Source: Eubacteriales bacterium (GTDB taxonomy: Bacteria; Bacillota; Clostridia; Oscillospirales; CAG-272). From it: DNA of 63,768 bases. Positions 18,197-27,600 of the stretch are shown in pieces (position 1 is the first letter of the stretch; each line of letters opens with the position of its first letter). Position numbers and translations under genes: made by a program. Where the stretch lies: assembly GCA_045657165.1 (NCBI GenBank), contig JAZOSP010000122.1, positions 1-63,768 of the forward strand, given 5' to 3'. The notes beneath the pieces are model-generated. The model searched no databases and had not been told where the DNA came from. It saw only the letters and a list, made by a program, of their open reading frames with translations.

Positions 18197-20116
18197 ATGG
18201 TAATGCCACCAAGACCGCTAAAGCGCCAGACCGACGGAATACCGAAGCCAAAGCGACTCTCCGAGGTTCCGGGATACCTTTTTAAGTGTGTATCCGGCTT
18301 TTTCGGGCGGCTCTTTTATATCGTCTCCCTCGTGTGGGAGGCGGCGCCGCTGATTCTGGTTGCTATGACGCTTCTTTGTATCCTTGACGGTGTCGTGCCT
18401 GTCGTGGGTGCTTATATATCAAAGGATTTGCTCAACGGGATAGCGGCACTTATTTATCAGGGTGCTGAGTCGGGCGGGAACGTGTACGAGGATTTATTCG
18501 TTACCATGTCGCCTCTTATCTCGCTGTTTGTCGCCTATTTCGTTTATCTTTTCCTGAAAAAGGTCCTCGCACGAATAAACGGTATGGTGACGGGCATTGC
18601 GGGGGAGCTTGTCGTAAATCACATTAAGCTCAAAATAATGGGCAAGGCGAAGGAGCTGGATATCGCCGCATATGACCGCCCCGAGTTTTATGAAAAGCTC
18701 GAGAATGCCAACAGAGAGGCTGGTATGCGCCCGATACATATCCTTTCTGCAACCTTCTCCGTGGTCAGCGCGCTTATCAGCGCCGTGTCTTTTATGGCGG
18801 TGCTTATAGGGCTAAGTCCGGTTGCCCCATTGATAATCATAATCGTAGCAATTCCCGGCGCTCTCGTTAACTATTTCTACCGTAACCGCAGCTTCAGATA
18901 TATCAGGACGCACTCCAAGGAGAGACGTCAGATGAACTATTACTCCTCGCTCGTGGTCGATAAGGACAGAGTGAAGGAGATTAAGCTTCATTCGCTCTCC
19001 GACACCTTTACGAAGAAATATAAGAGCGCATTTAAGAAATATTTCGCAGGTCTAAAGCGCCTCTTTGTGGGTGAGGGTATCACCCAGATAGCCGTCGGAC
19101 TTATCTCAACGCTTTTGAATGGCGCGCTCCTTATTTACGTTGCTTATAACGTAGTATTCTTCGGCGGTGAAATAGGTGACTATTCGCTTTATTCGGGAGC
19201 GCTCAGCTCTATTTCTCTCTACGTCACGACGCTTCTTACTTCAACAGCAACCATATACGAGGGAACTCTTTTCATAAACAATATGCTTGATTTCATGAAA
19301 GAGAAGCCCACCGTAGTTCCAAGCGTGAGCGAGCCTCTCATTCCGTCACGCGGGGAGCATACGATAGAATTTAAGAACGTCAGCTTCAAATATCCGGGTA
19401 CGGATAGGCTTGTTCTCCGTAACGTTAATCTCGTTATGAATCCTAAAGACTCCGTCGTGCTCGTCGGTCTTAACGGTGCGGGCAAGACTACTCTTATCAA
19501 GCTTATCACAAGACTCTACGACCCAACAGAGGGAGTTATTCTTCTTGACGGCAGGGATATACGTGAATATGACGTGGGGGCGCTCTACTCGCTCTTCGGC
19601 ATAATTTTTCAGGACTTTGGCAGATATGCCGAAACCGCCGCCGAGAATATTGAGTTCGGCGATGTTGCCGCGCCTTCGGAGAGGCGCAGGGTCGAGCTTG
19701 CAGCAGAGCGAGCAGACGCTGATAAATTTATCCGCGAGCTGCCGTGCGGATATGACACTCCTCTCACGAGAATGTTTGAGGATGACGGAACCGAGCTTTC
19801 CGGCGGTCAGTGGCAGAAGCTCTCCGTGGCGCGAGCCTTTTACAAGGATTCGGATATTCTTATTCTTGACGAGCCGACGGCCTCGCTTGACGCGATAGCC
19901 GAGCGGCGAGTGTTCGATTGCTTTGCAGAGCTATCGGAGGGACGCCTTACGGTTTTCGTATCCCATAGACTCTCAAGCGCGGTTACCGCCAGCAAGATAG
20001 TCGTTATCGACGGCGGTGAAATCGTCGAGGTCGGCAGTCACGCGGAGCTGATGGCAAAGGGCGGCAAATACTGCGAGCTCTTTACCACACAGGCAGGCCG
20101 TTATACCGAAAAATAA
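18197..20116 (+). CDS. ABC exporter, fused permease/ATP-binding protein
   Basis: 6-TM N-terminal domain; GLNGAGKTT Walker A; LSGGQWQK; ILILDEPT. Confidence 0.92.
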   Translation: MVMPPRPLKRQTDGIPKPKRLSEVPGYLFKCVSGFFGRLFYIVSLVWEAAPLILVAMTLLCILDGVVPVVGAYISKDLLNGIAALIYQGAESGGNVYEDLFVTMSPLISLFVAYFVYLFLKKVLARINGMVTGIAGELVVNHIKLKIMGKAKELDIAAYDRPEFYEKLENANREAGMRPIHILSATFSVVSALISAVSFMAVLIGLSPVAPLIIIIVAIPGALVNYFYRNRSFRYIRTHSKERRQMNYYSSLVVDKDRVKEIKLHSLSDTFTKKYKSAFKKYFAGLKRLFVGEGITQIAVGLISTLLNGALLIYVAYNVVFFGGEIGDYSLYSGALSSISLYVTTLLTSTATIYEGTLFINNMLDFMKEKPTVVPSVSEPLIPSRGEHTIEFKNVSFKYPGTDRLVLRNVNLVMNPKDSVVLVGLNGAGKTTLIKLITRLYDPTEGVILLDGRDIREYDVGALYSLFGIIFQDFGRYAETAAENIEFGDVAAPSERRRVELAAERADADKFIRELPCGYDTPLTRMFEDDGTELSGGQWQKLSVARAFYKDSDILILDEPTASLDAIAERRVFDCFAELSEGRLTVFVSHRLSSAVTASKIVVIDGGEIVEVGSHAELMAKGGKYCELFTTQAGRYTEK

Positions 20117-20119
20117 AAG

Positions 20120-20160
20120 ATGGAGATTTTCTTGTTTCATACAGGAAAATCTCCATTTTT
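20120..20160. terminator. Bidirectional terminator
   Basis: ATGGAGATTTTCTTGT / ACAGGAAAATCTCCAT inverted repeat between convergent genes, with T-run. Confidence 0.75.
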
Positions 20161-20189
20161 CTTTGTTTTGTTACATCATTGGCGCATTT

Positions 20190-21152
20190 TTACCTGCCAA
20201 GACCCGCTGCACCGATAATACCGGCGTCGTTGCCGAGCTCGGCAATAACGATTTTAGTTTTGTGCTCGTCGTCCCGTGTGAACTGCTCGCGCTCGACGAT
20301 TTCTATAAGCGGACGCGTGAGATAATCACGCTCGGCGCACACACCTCCGCCAATTGACAGTACCTCGGGCTGGAAGATGTTTATCATGTTCGTAACTCCC
20401 ACGGCGAGGTAATAAATATATTCGTCAACGAGCGCTTTGCCGTATTTGTCACCGCCGCGCATAGCATCGAAGGCAGTACGGGCGCTGACCTTGCCCTCCT
20501 TTTCGCTCTCGTCAAAGAGGAGCGAGGGAATGCCCTTAATTTTCAGCTCAGCCATTTTGTCTTTTGTCATGCTTGCAAGGCCGGTAGCAGAGGAGTATGC
20601 CTCAAAGCAGCCGCGCCTGCCGCAGGAGCACTGCCTGCCGCCTGCAACTATGACCGTGTGTCCAAGCTCCGCGCCTGCGCAGTTGACACCGCCGTCAAAG
20701 ATTTTTCCGTCAATTATAACGCCGCCGCCGACACCCGTGCCAAGCGTTATCATAACCGAGCTTCGCGTACCCTTGGCAGCTCCTGCGAGAGCCTCTGCAA
20801 GCGCTGCCGCGTTCGCGTCGTTTGCGACGTGAACTGCTTTTGCGGGCAGATATTTCTTGAAAACCTCGACGATAGGGAAATTCCTGAAATTAAGGTTATA
20901 TGCGAACTCCACAATGCCGAGCCTTGAGTTTACAGAGCCGGGAGTTGCAATTCCGACGCTGCCTATATCGTCTAAAGTAAGACTGTTTCTTTCTATTATT
21001 TGTGCGGCGAGCTCTGCCATGTCGCGAACAACCGCCTCGCCGCCGCGCTCGGGGCGCGTGGGCGCGGAGCTCTTGTCAACGATTTTTAATTCACCGTCGC
21101 ATAGACCTACGGCAATATTCGTTCCGCCAAGGTCAATACCGATTGTGTACAT
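20190..21152 (-). CDS. glcK: ROK-family sugar kinase (glucokinase)
   Basis: IGIDLGGT, NDANAAAL, TLGTGVGGG, ELGH and CSCGRRGCFEAY motifs; no HTH. Confidence 0.85.
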   Translation of the reverse strand: MYTIGIDLGGTNIAVGLCDGELKIVDKSSAPTRPERGGEAVVRDMAELAAQIIERNSLTLDDIGSVGIATPGSVNSRLGIVEFAYNLNFRNFPIVEVFKKYLPAKAVHVANDANAAALAEALAGAAKGTRSSVMITLGTGVGGGVIIDGKIFDGGVNCAGAELGHTVIVAGGRQCSCGRRGCFEAYSSATGLASMTKDKMAELKIKGIPSLLFDESEKEGKVSARTAFDAMRGGDKYGKALVDEYIYYLAVGVTNMINIFQPEVLSIGGGVCAERDYLTRPLIEIVEREQFTRDDEHKTKIVIAELGNDAGIIGAAGLGR

Positions 21153-21185
21153 ACCGTCATTCTCGCTTTCTAATCAACTGTAATA

Positions 21186-21214
21186 ATTATATTACTTCTC
21201 GCGCTTTAAGTCAA
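21186..21214 (-). promoter_or_regulatory. SigA promoter of the ROK kinase
   Basis: TTGACT-17 nt-TATAAT. Confidence 0.75.
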
Positions 21215-21297
21215 GCCTTTTCGGTAATATTGACACATCCCTTGTGGACTAATATACAGTTCACAAAAAATTAACAAATATAGTTCTGCAAAAGGTA

Positions 21298-21355
21298 TTG
21301 AAAAATCGACAAAAATAGTATACAATATACGCGGTTATACGGTAAGGTATAACCG
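21298..21355 (+). promoter_or_regulatory. SigA promoter of iscS followed by a 9-bp inverted repeat
   Basis: TTGAAA-17 nt-TACAAT, then CGGTTATAC-6 nt-GTATAACCG. Confidence 0.6.
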
Positions 21356-21368
21356 GAAAGGGAATCTG

Positions 21369-22556
21369 ATGAAAAGATTTGTTTATGCCGATAATGCGGC
21401 AACGACACCCGTGAATCCTGAGGTGCTCGCGGCTATGGTGCCTTGCTTCGGCAACGCTTTCGGTAATCCGTCGAGTCTTCACGAAAAGGGCAGGGAGGCA
21501 AAGGCTCTCCTTGACGACGCTCGCTCGAGAATCGCACGTGTTCTTGGGTGTGACGCCTCTGAAATATATTTCACCTCCTCGGGCACCGAGGCAGATAACT
21601 GGGCTATTCGCGGCGCGGCTATGCGCATGAGGGAAAAGCATGGCAGAACGCACATCGTTACGAGCAAAATCGAGCACCACGCAGTGCTGCACACCTGCGA
21701 GGCACTCGAGCGCGAGGGCTTTTCCGTAACCTACGTGGGTGTTGATGAATACGGCGTGGTAAATCTCGATGAGCTTCGCGAGGCTGTAACCGACAATACG
21801 GCAGTTGTTGCGATAATGTACGCCAACAACGAGGTGGGCACGATAGAGCCTGTACGTGAGATGTGTGAGATCGCTCATGCAAAGGGAGCTTTGATGTTCA
21901 CCGATGCCGTTCAGGCGTTCGGCAGCGTTGAAATCGACCTCTCCACCCTTAAGGTTGATATGCTTTCGATTTCGGGTCACAAAATAGGTGCTCCGAAGGG
22001 TATAGGGATTTTGTTCGTACGTCGCGGCGTCGTTATAAAAAACCTCATAGAGGGCGGCGGACAGGAGAGACGCAAGAGGGGCGGAACTGAAAATTTGCCC
22101 TATATCGTAGGTCTTGCAAGAGCTGTCGAGCTTGCCAAGGAGAGAATGGACGAGCTACCCCGTGTTGCGAAAATGCGTGATAGACTCATAGAAGAGCTTA
22201 CGAAAATCCCCTATTCAAGACTTAACGGTCACAGAACGAACGCATTGCCGGGAACGGTCAATATCGGGTTTGAATTTATAGAGGGCGAGAGCCTTCTTCT
22301 TTGGCTTGATATAGCGGGAATATGTGCCTCTACCGGCTCAGCCTGCTCGTCTGCCTCGCTCGATCCGTCGCACGTTCTTATCGCAATGGGCGTGCCTCAC
22401 GAGAAGGCGCACGGCTCACTCCGTATATCTATTTCTAAGGATACGACCGACGAGGAGATTGACTACATCATAGAAAACGTGCCTCCCATCGTTGAGAGGC
22501 TTCGCAATATGAGTCCGCTTTGGGAAGACGTAGTAAAAAGCACTGTAAGTAAATGA
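21369..22556 (+). CDS. iscS: Cysteine desulfurase (NifS/IscS type)
   Basis: DNAATT, GNPSSLH, NNEVGT, SGHK (PLP lysine) and STGSACSS motifs. Confidence 0.95.
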   Translation: MKRFVYADNAATTPVNPEVLAAMVPCFGNAFGNPSSLHEKGREAKALLDDARSRIARVLGCDASEIYFTSSGTEADNWAIRGAAMRMREKHGRTHIVTSKIEHHAVLHTCEALEREGFSVTYVGVDEYGVVNLDELREAVTDNTAVVAIMYANNEVGTIEPVREMCEIAHAKGALMFTDAVQAFGSVEIDLSTLKVDMLSISGHKIGAPKGIGILFVRRGVVIKNLIEGGGQERRKRGGTENLPYIVGLARAVELAKERMDELPRVAKMRDRLIEELTKIPYSRLNGHRTNALPGTVNIGFEFIEGESLLLWLDIAGICASTGSACSSASLDPSHVLIAMGVPHEKAHGSLRISISKDTTDEEIDYIIENVPPIVERLRNMSPLWEDVVKSTVSK

Positions 22557-22566
22557 GGTAAAGAAT

Positions 22567-22983
22567 ATGCAATACAGCGAAAAGGTAATGGATCACTTCA
22601 CCAATCCGAGAAACGTGGGTGAAATTGAGGATGCCGACGGCGTAGGAGTTGTCGGTAATGCCAAGTGCGGCGATATAATGAAAATCTATCTTAAAATCGA
22701 CGAAAACGACGTTATAACCGACTGCAAGTTTAAGACCTTCGGTTGCGGCGCGGCTATCGCAACCTCGTCTATGGCTACCGAGCTCATAAAAGGTCATACG
22801 ATAGATGAGGCGCTTAAAATTACGAACGGTGTCGTAGTAGAGGCTCTTGAGGGGCTTCCGCCCGTAAAGGTGCATTGCTCCGTGCTCGCCGAGGAGGCGG
22901 TAAAGACGGCGGTGGCAGATTATTACAATAAGATCGGCAGACCGATTGACTTCGTAATAGAGAAGTCGCACGACGAGCATTGA
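22567..22983 (+). CDS. iscU: Fe-S cluster scaffold protein (NifU N-terminal/IscU type)
   Basis: YSEKVMDHF, CGD, FGCG and LPPVKVHC motifs. Confidence 0.95.
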   Translation: MQYSEKVMDHFTNPRNVGEIEDADGVGVVGNAKCGDIMKIYLKIDENDVITDCKFKTFGCGAAIATSSMATELIKGHTIDEALKITNGVVVEALEGLPPVKVHCSVLAEEAVKTAVADYYNKIGRPIDFVIEKSHDEH

Positions 22984-22987
22984 TGAT

Positions 22988-23048
22988 AAAATCTGCCTCG
23001 GGCACACTTGTCAAAAAACGGTTGACAAGTGGCTTCGGGGCAGATTTT
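22988..23048. repeat. Long imperfect palindrome between iscU and mnmA
   Basis: AAAATCTGCC...CACTTGTCAA / TTGACAAGTG...GGCAGATTTT. Confidence 0.75.
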
Positions 23049-23113
23049 GTAAATAATTATTTGCAAAACGCCCCATAAACTCTGACCAAAACACGAACGG
23101 AGAATCAAACGAA

Positions 23114-24151
23114 GTGAAAATTTTAGTAGGAATCAGCGGTGGAGTTGACAGCGCTGTGGCAGCCCGCCTTCTGCTTGATATGGGGCACGAGGTGGAGGGG
23201 GCGGTTCTAATTATGCATGAGCATACCGACACCTCCTCTGCGCGCGACGTGGCAGACTCTGTCGGGATAGCGCTTCACGAGATTGACTGCTCCTTTGCCT
23301 TTGAATCAACAGTTAAGAAAAATTTCCTTGACGAGTATCTTGTCGGAAGAACTCCTAACCCTTGTATTATATGCAACGCAGAAATCAAATTCAAATATCT
23401 TTATGATTATGCCGTAAAGCACGGCTTTGATAAGATTGCGACAGGTCACTATGCAGATGTGACGGAAATACCGACAGGTGACTCGGTGCGCTATGCGATA
23501 GTGGCGGGTAGCGACCCTGCAAAGGACCAAAGCTATATGCTTTACCGATTGAGCCAAGAAATCCTTTCGGCACTTATGCTTCCCCTCGCGGAATATAATA
23601 AGGTAGAAATCAGAGAAATTGCGGCGCGCTGCGGGCTTGCTGCGGCAAACCGTGCCGATAGCCTTGAGATATGCTTTGTTCCCGACGGAGATTACGCAGA
23701 ATATATCGAATCAAGGACGGGAAAATCGCCCGAGGGGAACTTTATCGACCCGGAGGGAAGGGTTATCGGTAGGCACAAGGGAATAATACGCTATACGGTA
23801 GGGCAGCGCAAGGGCCTTGGGATTTCCGTGGGGGAGCGTGCCTTTGTAACTAAAATAAACCCGAGTGAAAACACCGTAACGCTCTCGCGCGGAAGCTATG
23901 CGGTGAAGCGGCTTATTCTGTCCGATATGGTTTATTCCGGAATGAGCGCTCCAAGAAACGGAGAAGTAGGAAGATTTATGCTGCGCGTGAGGTATAAATC
24001 AAGGCCGGTTTCGGCAACTGTTCAATTTGGCAATGAGGGGTTCGCCGAGCTGATTACCGACGTGCCCGTTTCGGCAGCACCGGGTCAGTCCGCCGTTCTT
24101 TACGACTGTGACAGGGTGATGGCAGGCGGCTTTATCTCACTGCCGCAATGA
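23114..24151 (+). CDS. mnmA: tRNA 2-thiouridine(34) synthase
   Basis: SGGVDS, TPNPCIICN, IATGHYA, KDQSY, ICF, TVGQRKGL and PGQSAVLY motifs. Confidence 0.93.
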   Translation: MKILVGISGGVDSAVAARLLLDMGHEVEGAVLIMHEHTDTSSARDVADSVGIALHEIDCSFAFESTVKKNFLDEYLVGRTPNPCIICNAEIKFKYLYDYAVKHGFDKIATGHYADVTEIPTGDSVRYAIVAGSDPAKDQSYMLYRLSQEILSALMLPLAEYNKVEIREIAARCGLAAANRADSLEICFVPDGDYAEYIESRTGKSPEGNFIDPEGRVIGRHKGIIRYTVGQRKGLGISVGERAFVTKINPSENTVTLSRGSYAVKRLILSDMVYSGMSAPRNGEVGRFMLRVRYKSRPVSATVQFGNEGFAELITDVPVSAAPGQSAVLYDCDRVMAGGFISLPQ

Positions 24152-24220
24152 CGTAGAAGCTCAATTTCACCAGCTTTTAGCAGCGCTGTGAGGTGGCGGT
24201 TCTTGTAATAAAAAGATCAT

Positions 24221-24268
24221 AAATGGGTGAGTGAGGTAGCTAAAAAAGCCTCGCGCACCCATTTTTTT
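24221..24268 (+). terminator. Probable terminator downstream of mnmA
   Basis: AAATGGGTG-AGTGAGG ... CCTCGCG-CACCCATTT hairpin with T-run. Confidence 0.6.
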
Positions 24269-24576
24269 ACCAAATTGCGATGTAGAAAAAAACGTTCATA
24301 TTTTGTGCAAAATGTATAAACCGCAAGTATCTATTTTCAAAATGTTCACTAAAGCCAAAAACTTGTCATTAAAGTAAATAAAATTTACACATATCCCTAA
24401 AAAGTCTGTTTTCATGTCATTTTTGCGGTAAAATAGTAATTTGTTTTTACTTTTTGAGATTTAAGCTCATGAAAATTCAAAAATCGTGTAAATATAAGTT
24501 TACATTTCAAAAAAGTCTTGGAAAAATATGCAAACAAGGCGGCTTTGTATGCGCGCCCTGCCGGCTTTGACGGGTA

Positions 24577-24605
24577 TTGACTTTTGCTTCCTTATATGTT
24601 ATAAT
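24577..24605 (+). promoter_or_regulatory. SigA promoter of the large uptake operon
   Basis: TTGACT-17 nt-TATAAT with TG extension. Confidence 0.75.
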
Positions 24606-24680
24606 CTTGCGTGTGTAATATCGGCACGGTAATGTGTCCGTGTCTTTCGCATCAAAGAATTTCTTGGAGGAAATCAGCAC

Positions 24681-27600
24681 ATGAAAAAAATCTTGTCACA
24701 GAAAGTTAAGGCTTTGTTCCGCAAATCCGGAACACTGCTCAAAAAGAGCGTTTGTCTGCTTCTTTCTGTAACGACGTTCCTTGGAGCAACAGCCTTTACC
24801 TCGTCGGCAGGCGAGCTGAAGGGCGACGATAGCACGTCTTCAACGCTTGAAGAGATGCAGTCGTTGGTTGCGGCCTCCTCTTACGCTGACTACTATGCAA
24901 AGTATGCGGGAAGTCAGCCTGCGGGGCTTGAGACTTACTCAATCGACGTGTTGGGTAGCTTGATAGGAGATGGCGTTATAGTAAAAGACAGTCAGGCTTG
25001 CCTTGAATCGCGTGAGGACAATCCCGGAGCATGGGCAAACTTCGGTGAGGAAAATTGGGATAAATCGGTTTATCTTCCCACTGTAAGCTCTGACGGTAAG
25101 CAGGCAGGCTCTGCTTCCTGGCATTTCACAATTTCAGCGCAGCAGCAGGGGCTTTACTATCTCCGAATCGAATATTTCAATTGTCAGGTTGATTATACCG
25201 ATACCGACCTGTCTGACGGCGACGGCTCTGAGAGTAGTAGCGTCAGCGCAATCCAGCGCAAGCTTTTGATTGACGGGCAAATCCCCTTCAAAGAGGTCAG
25301 TAGCGTTACCTTTGACAAGCATTGGTTCTACGATTATGACAAGCCCGAGAGTGTAACTACCGTAATCACTGTAGGTGAGGTAGGCACTACTGTTGAGTAT
25401 AAGACCGACTCCGAGGGCTCACACAAGATAGTTACCGAGATTTGGCGTGACGGAGAAGAGCTCAAGCAAACCGTTACTACCTATACAATCACTCAGGATA
25501 TTAACGGCAACTCGATGGCTCCTACGGCGGAAGAAGTTTCCGAGTGGAGCACCGTTACCTGCAGTGATGCATCGGGCTACTATCGCGGTTACTTCTGCTT
25601 CTACATGTCAGAGGGTACTCACACCCTCACCCTCGAGGCAGAGCGTGAGCCAATGATCATAAAGTCCATTGAACTTGTTCCTGCGTACGATTCCACCGAG
25701 ATTCCCACCTACAATGAGGTTCTCGATAGCTATGATAAAGCAGGCTATGAGGCTGCAGAGGGCGGCGAGGTAATCCGTATCGAGGCTGAGTTCCCCGACT
25801 TCGTTTCCGACTCCTCGGTTACCTCTACCAACGATAATACGTCTGCAGTAACTTATCCTATCTCCTCGAGTGCTCAGCTCTTCAACGTAATAGGTGAGAA
25901 CGGTTATAATTCGGTAGGGCAGTGGGCAGCGTATAAATTCACCGTAAACAAGACTGGTCTTTACAACCTTGCTATGCGCTTCAAGCAGGATGCCCTTCAG
26001 GGTATGTATATCTGCCGCGCTATCAAGATTGCCGGTGGTGACAGCTCGCTCGGTCAGTATGAATACGGTGTCGGTGGTACGCCCGAGGTTCCTTTCCTCG
26101 AAGCGTACAACGCTCAGTTCAACTACTCTCAGGAGTGGCAGTCTATCTACGTGGGTGACGAAATCTTCCTTGACGAGAACGGAAACAAGGTTAACATTGC
26201 GGATTACTCTATCAATAAAGATGGTAATTACGTTGACGCTGACGGCAACGTTGTAAATCTCACAAGAGAGAAGAGAGATTTCAAGTTCTACTTCGAAGCA
26301 GGCGTCGAGTACACCATGTACCTCGAGTGCTCGCTCGGTACTCTTGGTGATTACATACAGAGAGTAGAGGCCTCGCTTAACAAAATTAACGAGTACTACC
26401 TCAAGATACTTCAGCGTACAGGCTCCGACCCCGACGAATATCAGGACTATAAGTTCTATGAGATTATGCCTGAGGTTGTCGTAGGTCTCGGTACTGAGGC
26501 GGTTGAGCTCAACAACGTCAAGAAAGGACTTGAAAAGCTTTGCGGAACCAACGGCTCACACATAGCTACCCTCGATACCGTAATACGTATTCTTGATATA
26601 ATGGGCTCGGAAAGAGGCGACCAGATTGCCGCTAACATGGCGAACCTGAAAACCTATCTCGGTACTCTCGGAACGTGGATAAACGATTCCAAGAGAAGCA
26701 CCATGATGGTCGACAGTATCCGTATCGTTTCGGCGGGCTCGGACGCGTCGGTGCTTCCTGCCGCAAATGCAAACTTCTTTGAGTCTATTTGGTTTGAGAT
26801 TACCTCCTTTATATATTCTTTCTTCACCGAGTACGATCAAATGGGTCTTACCGAGATTCCCGATGAAAACACGACTACCATCGACGTATGGCTTGCTACC
26901 GGTCGTGACCAGTCTAACATTTGGCGTTCCATGATTGACTCCGATGGCGGCTTCACCGACCAGACAGGTGTTGCTGTAACCTTGAAGCTCGTTACTGCGG
27001 GTACTCTTCTTCCCTCGATCCTTTCGGGTAGAGGTCCCGACGTATATCTCGGACTTGGATCTGCCGACGTTATTAACTACGCTATCCGTAATGCGGTTAT
27101 TCCGCTTTCAGGCGATGCAACCGCTGCGGAGGATCCGTTTGCCAACTATATATATGAGAAGGCTGACGGTACGAGAGTTTACATCAGTGAAGAGGATATA
27201 GCGAGTGCCGATCTCTCGGGACTTACGTGGGTTTCGGACAGCTTCAAGGACGTTACCGAATCGAACTTCGTTAAGGCTGCTATGGATACCATGACGCTCG
27301 ACAAAAAATCTTACGGTATTCCTATGACCATGAGCTTTGCTATGATGTTCTACCGTATGGACGTTCTTGCACAGCTTGAGCTCGAGGTTCCCGAGTCGTG
27401 GCAGCAGCTCCTTGCTATTCTTCCTGTGCTTCAATCTAATAACATGGAAATCGGTGTTTCCTACATAAGCGCTCTCGACTTCATGATTTATCAGATGGGC
27501 GGCAGCATGTGGCAATATACCGACGAGACTATGTATAACCCGGCAGACGCAGGCGCTAAGGTTGCACTTGATTCGAACGTCGCTCTTGAGGCGTTTGAGT

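Noticed and set aside
24152..24680. CRISPR array, tRNA or mobile-element end in the large intergenic region
   Set aside because: No regularly spaced repeats, cloverleaf, terminal inverted repeats or target-site duplication seen
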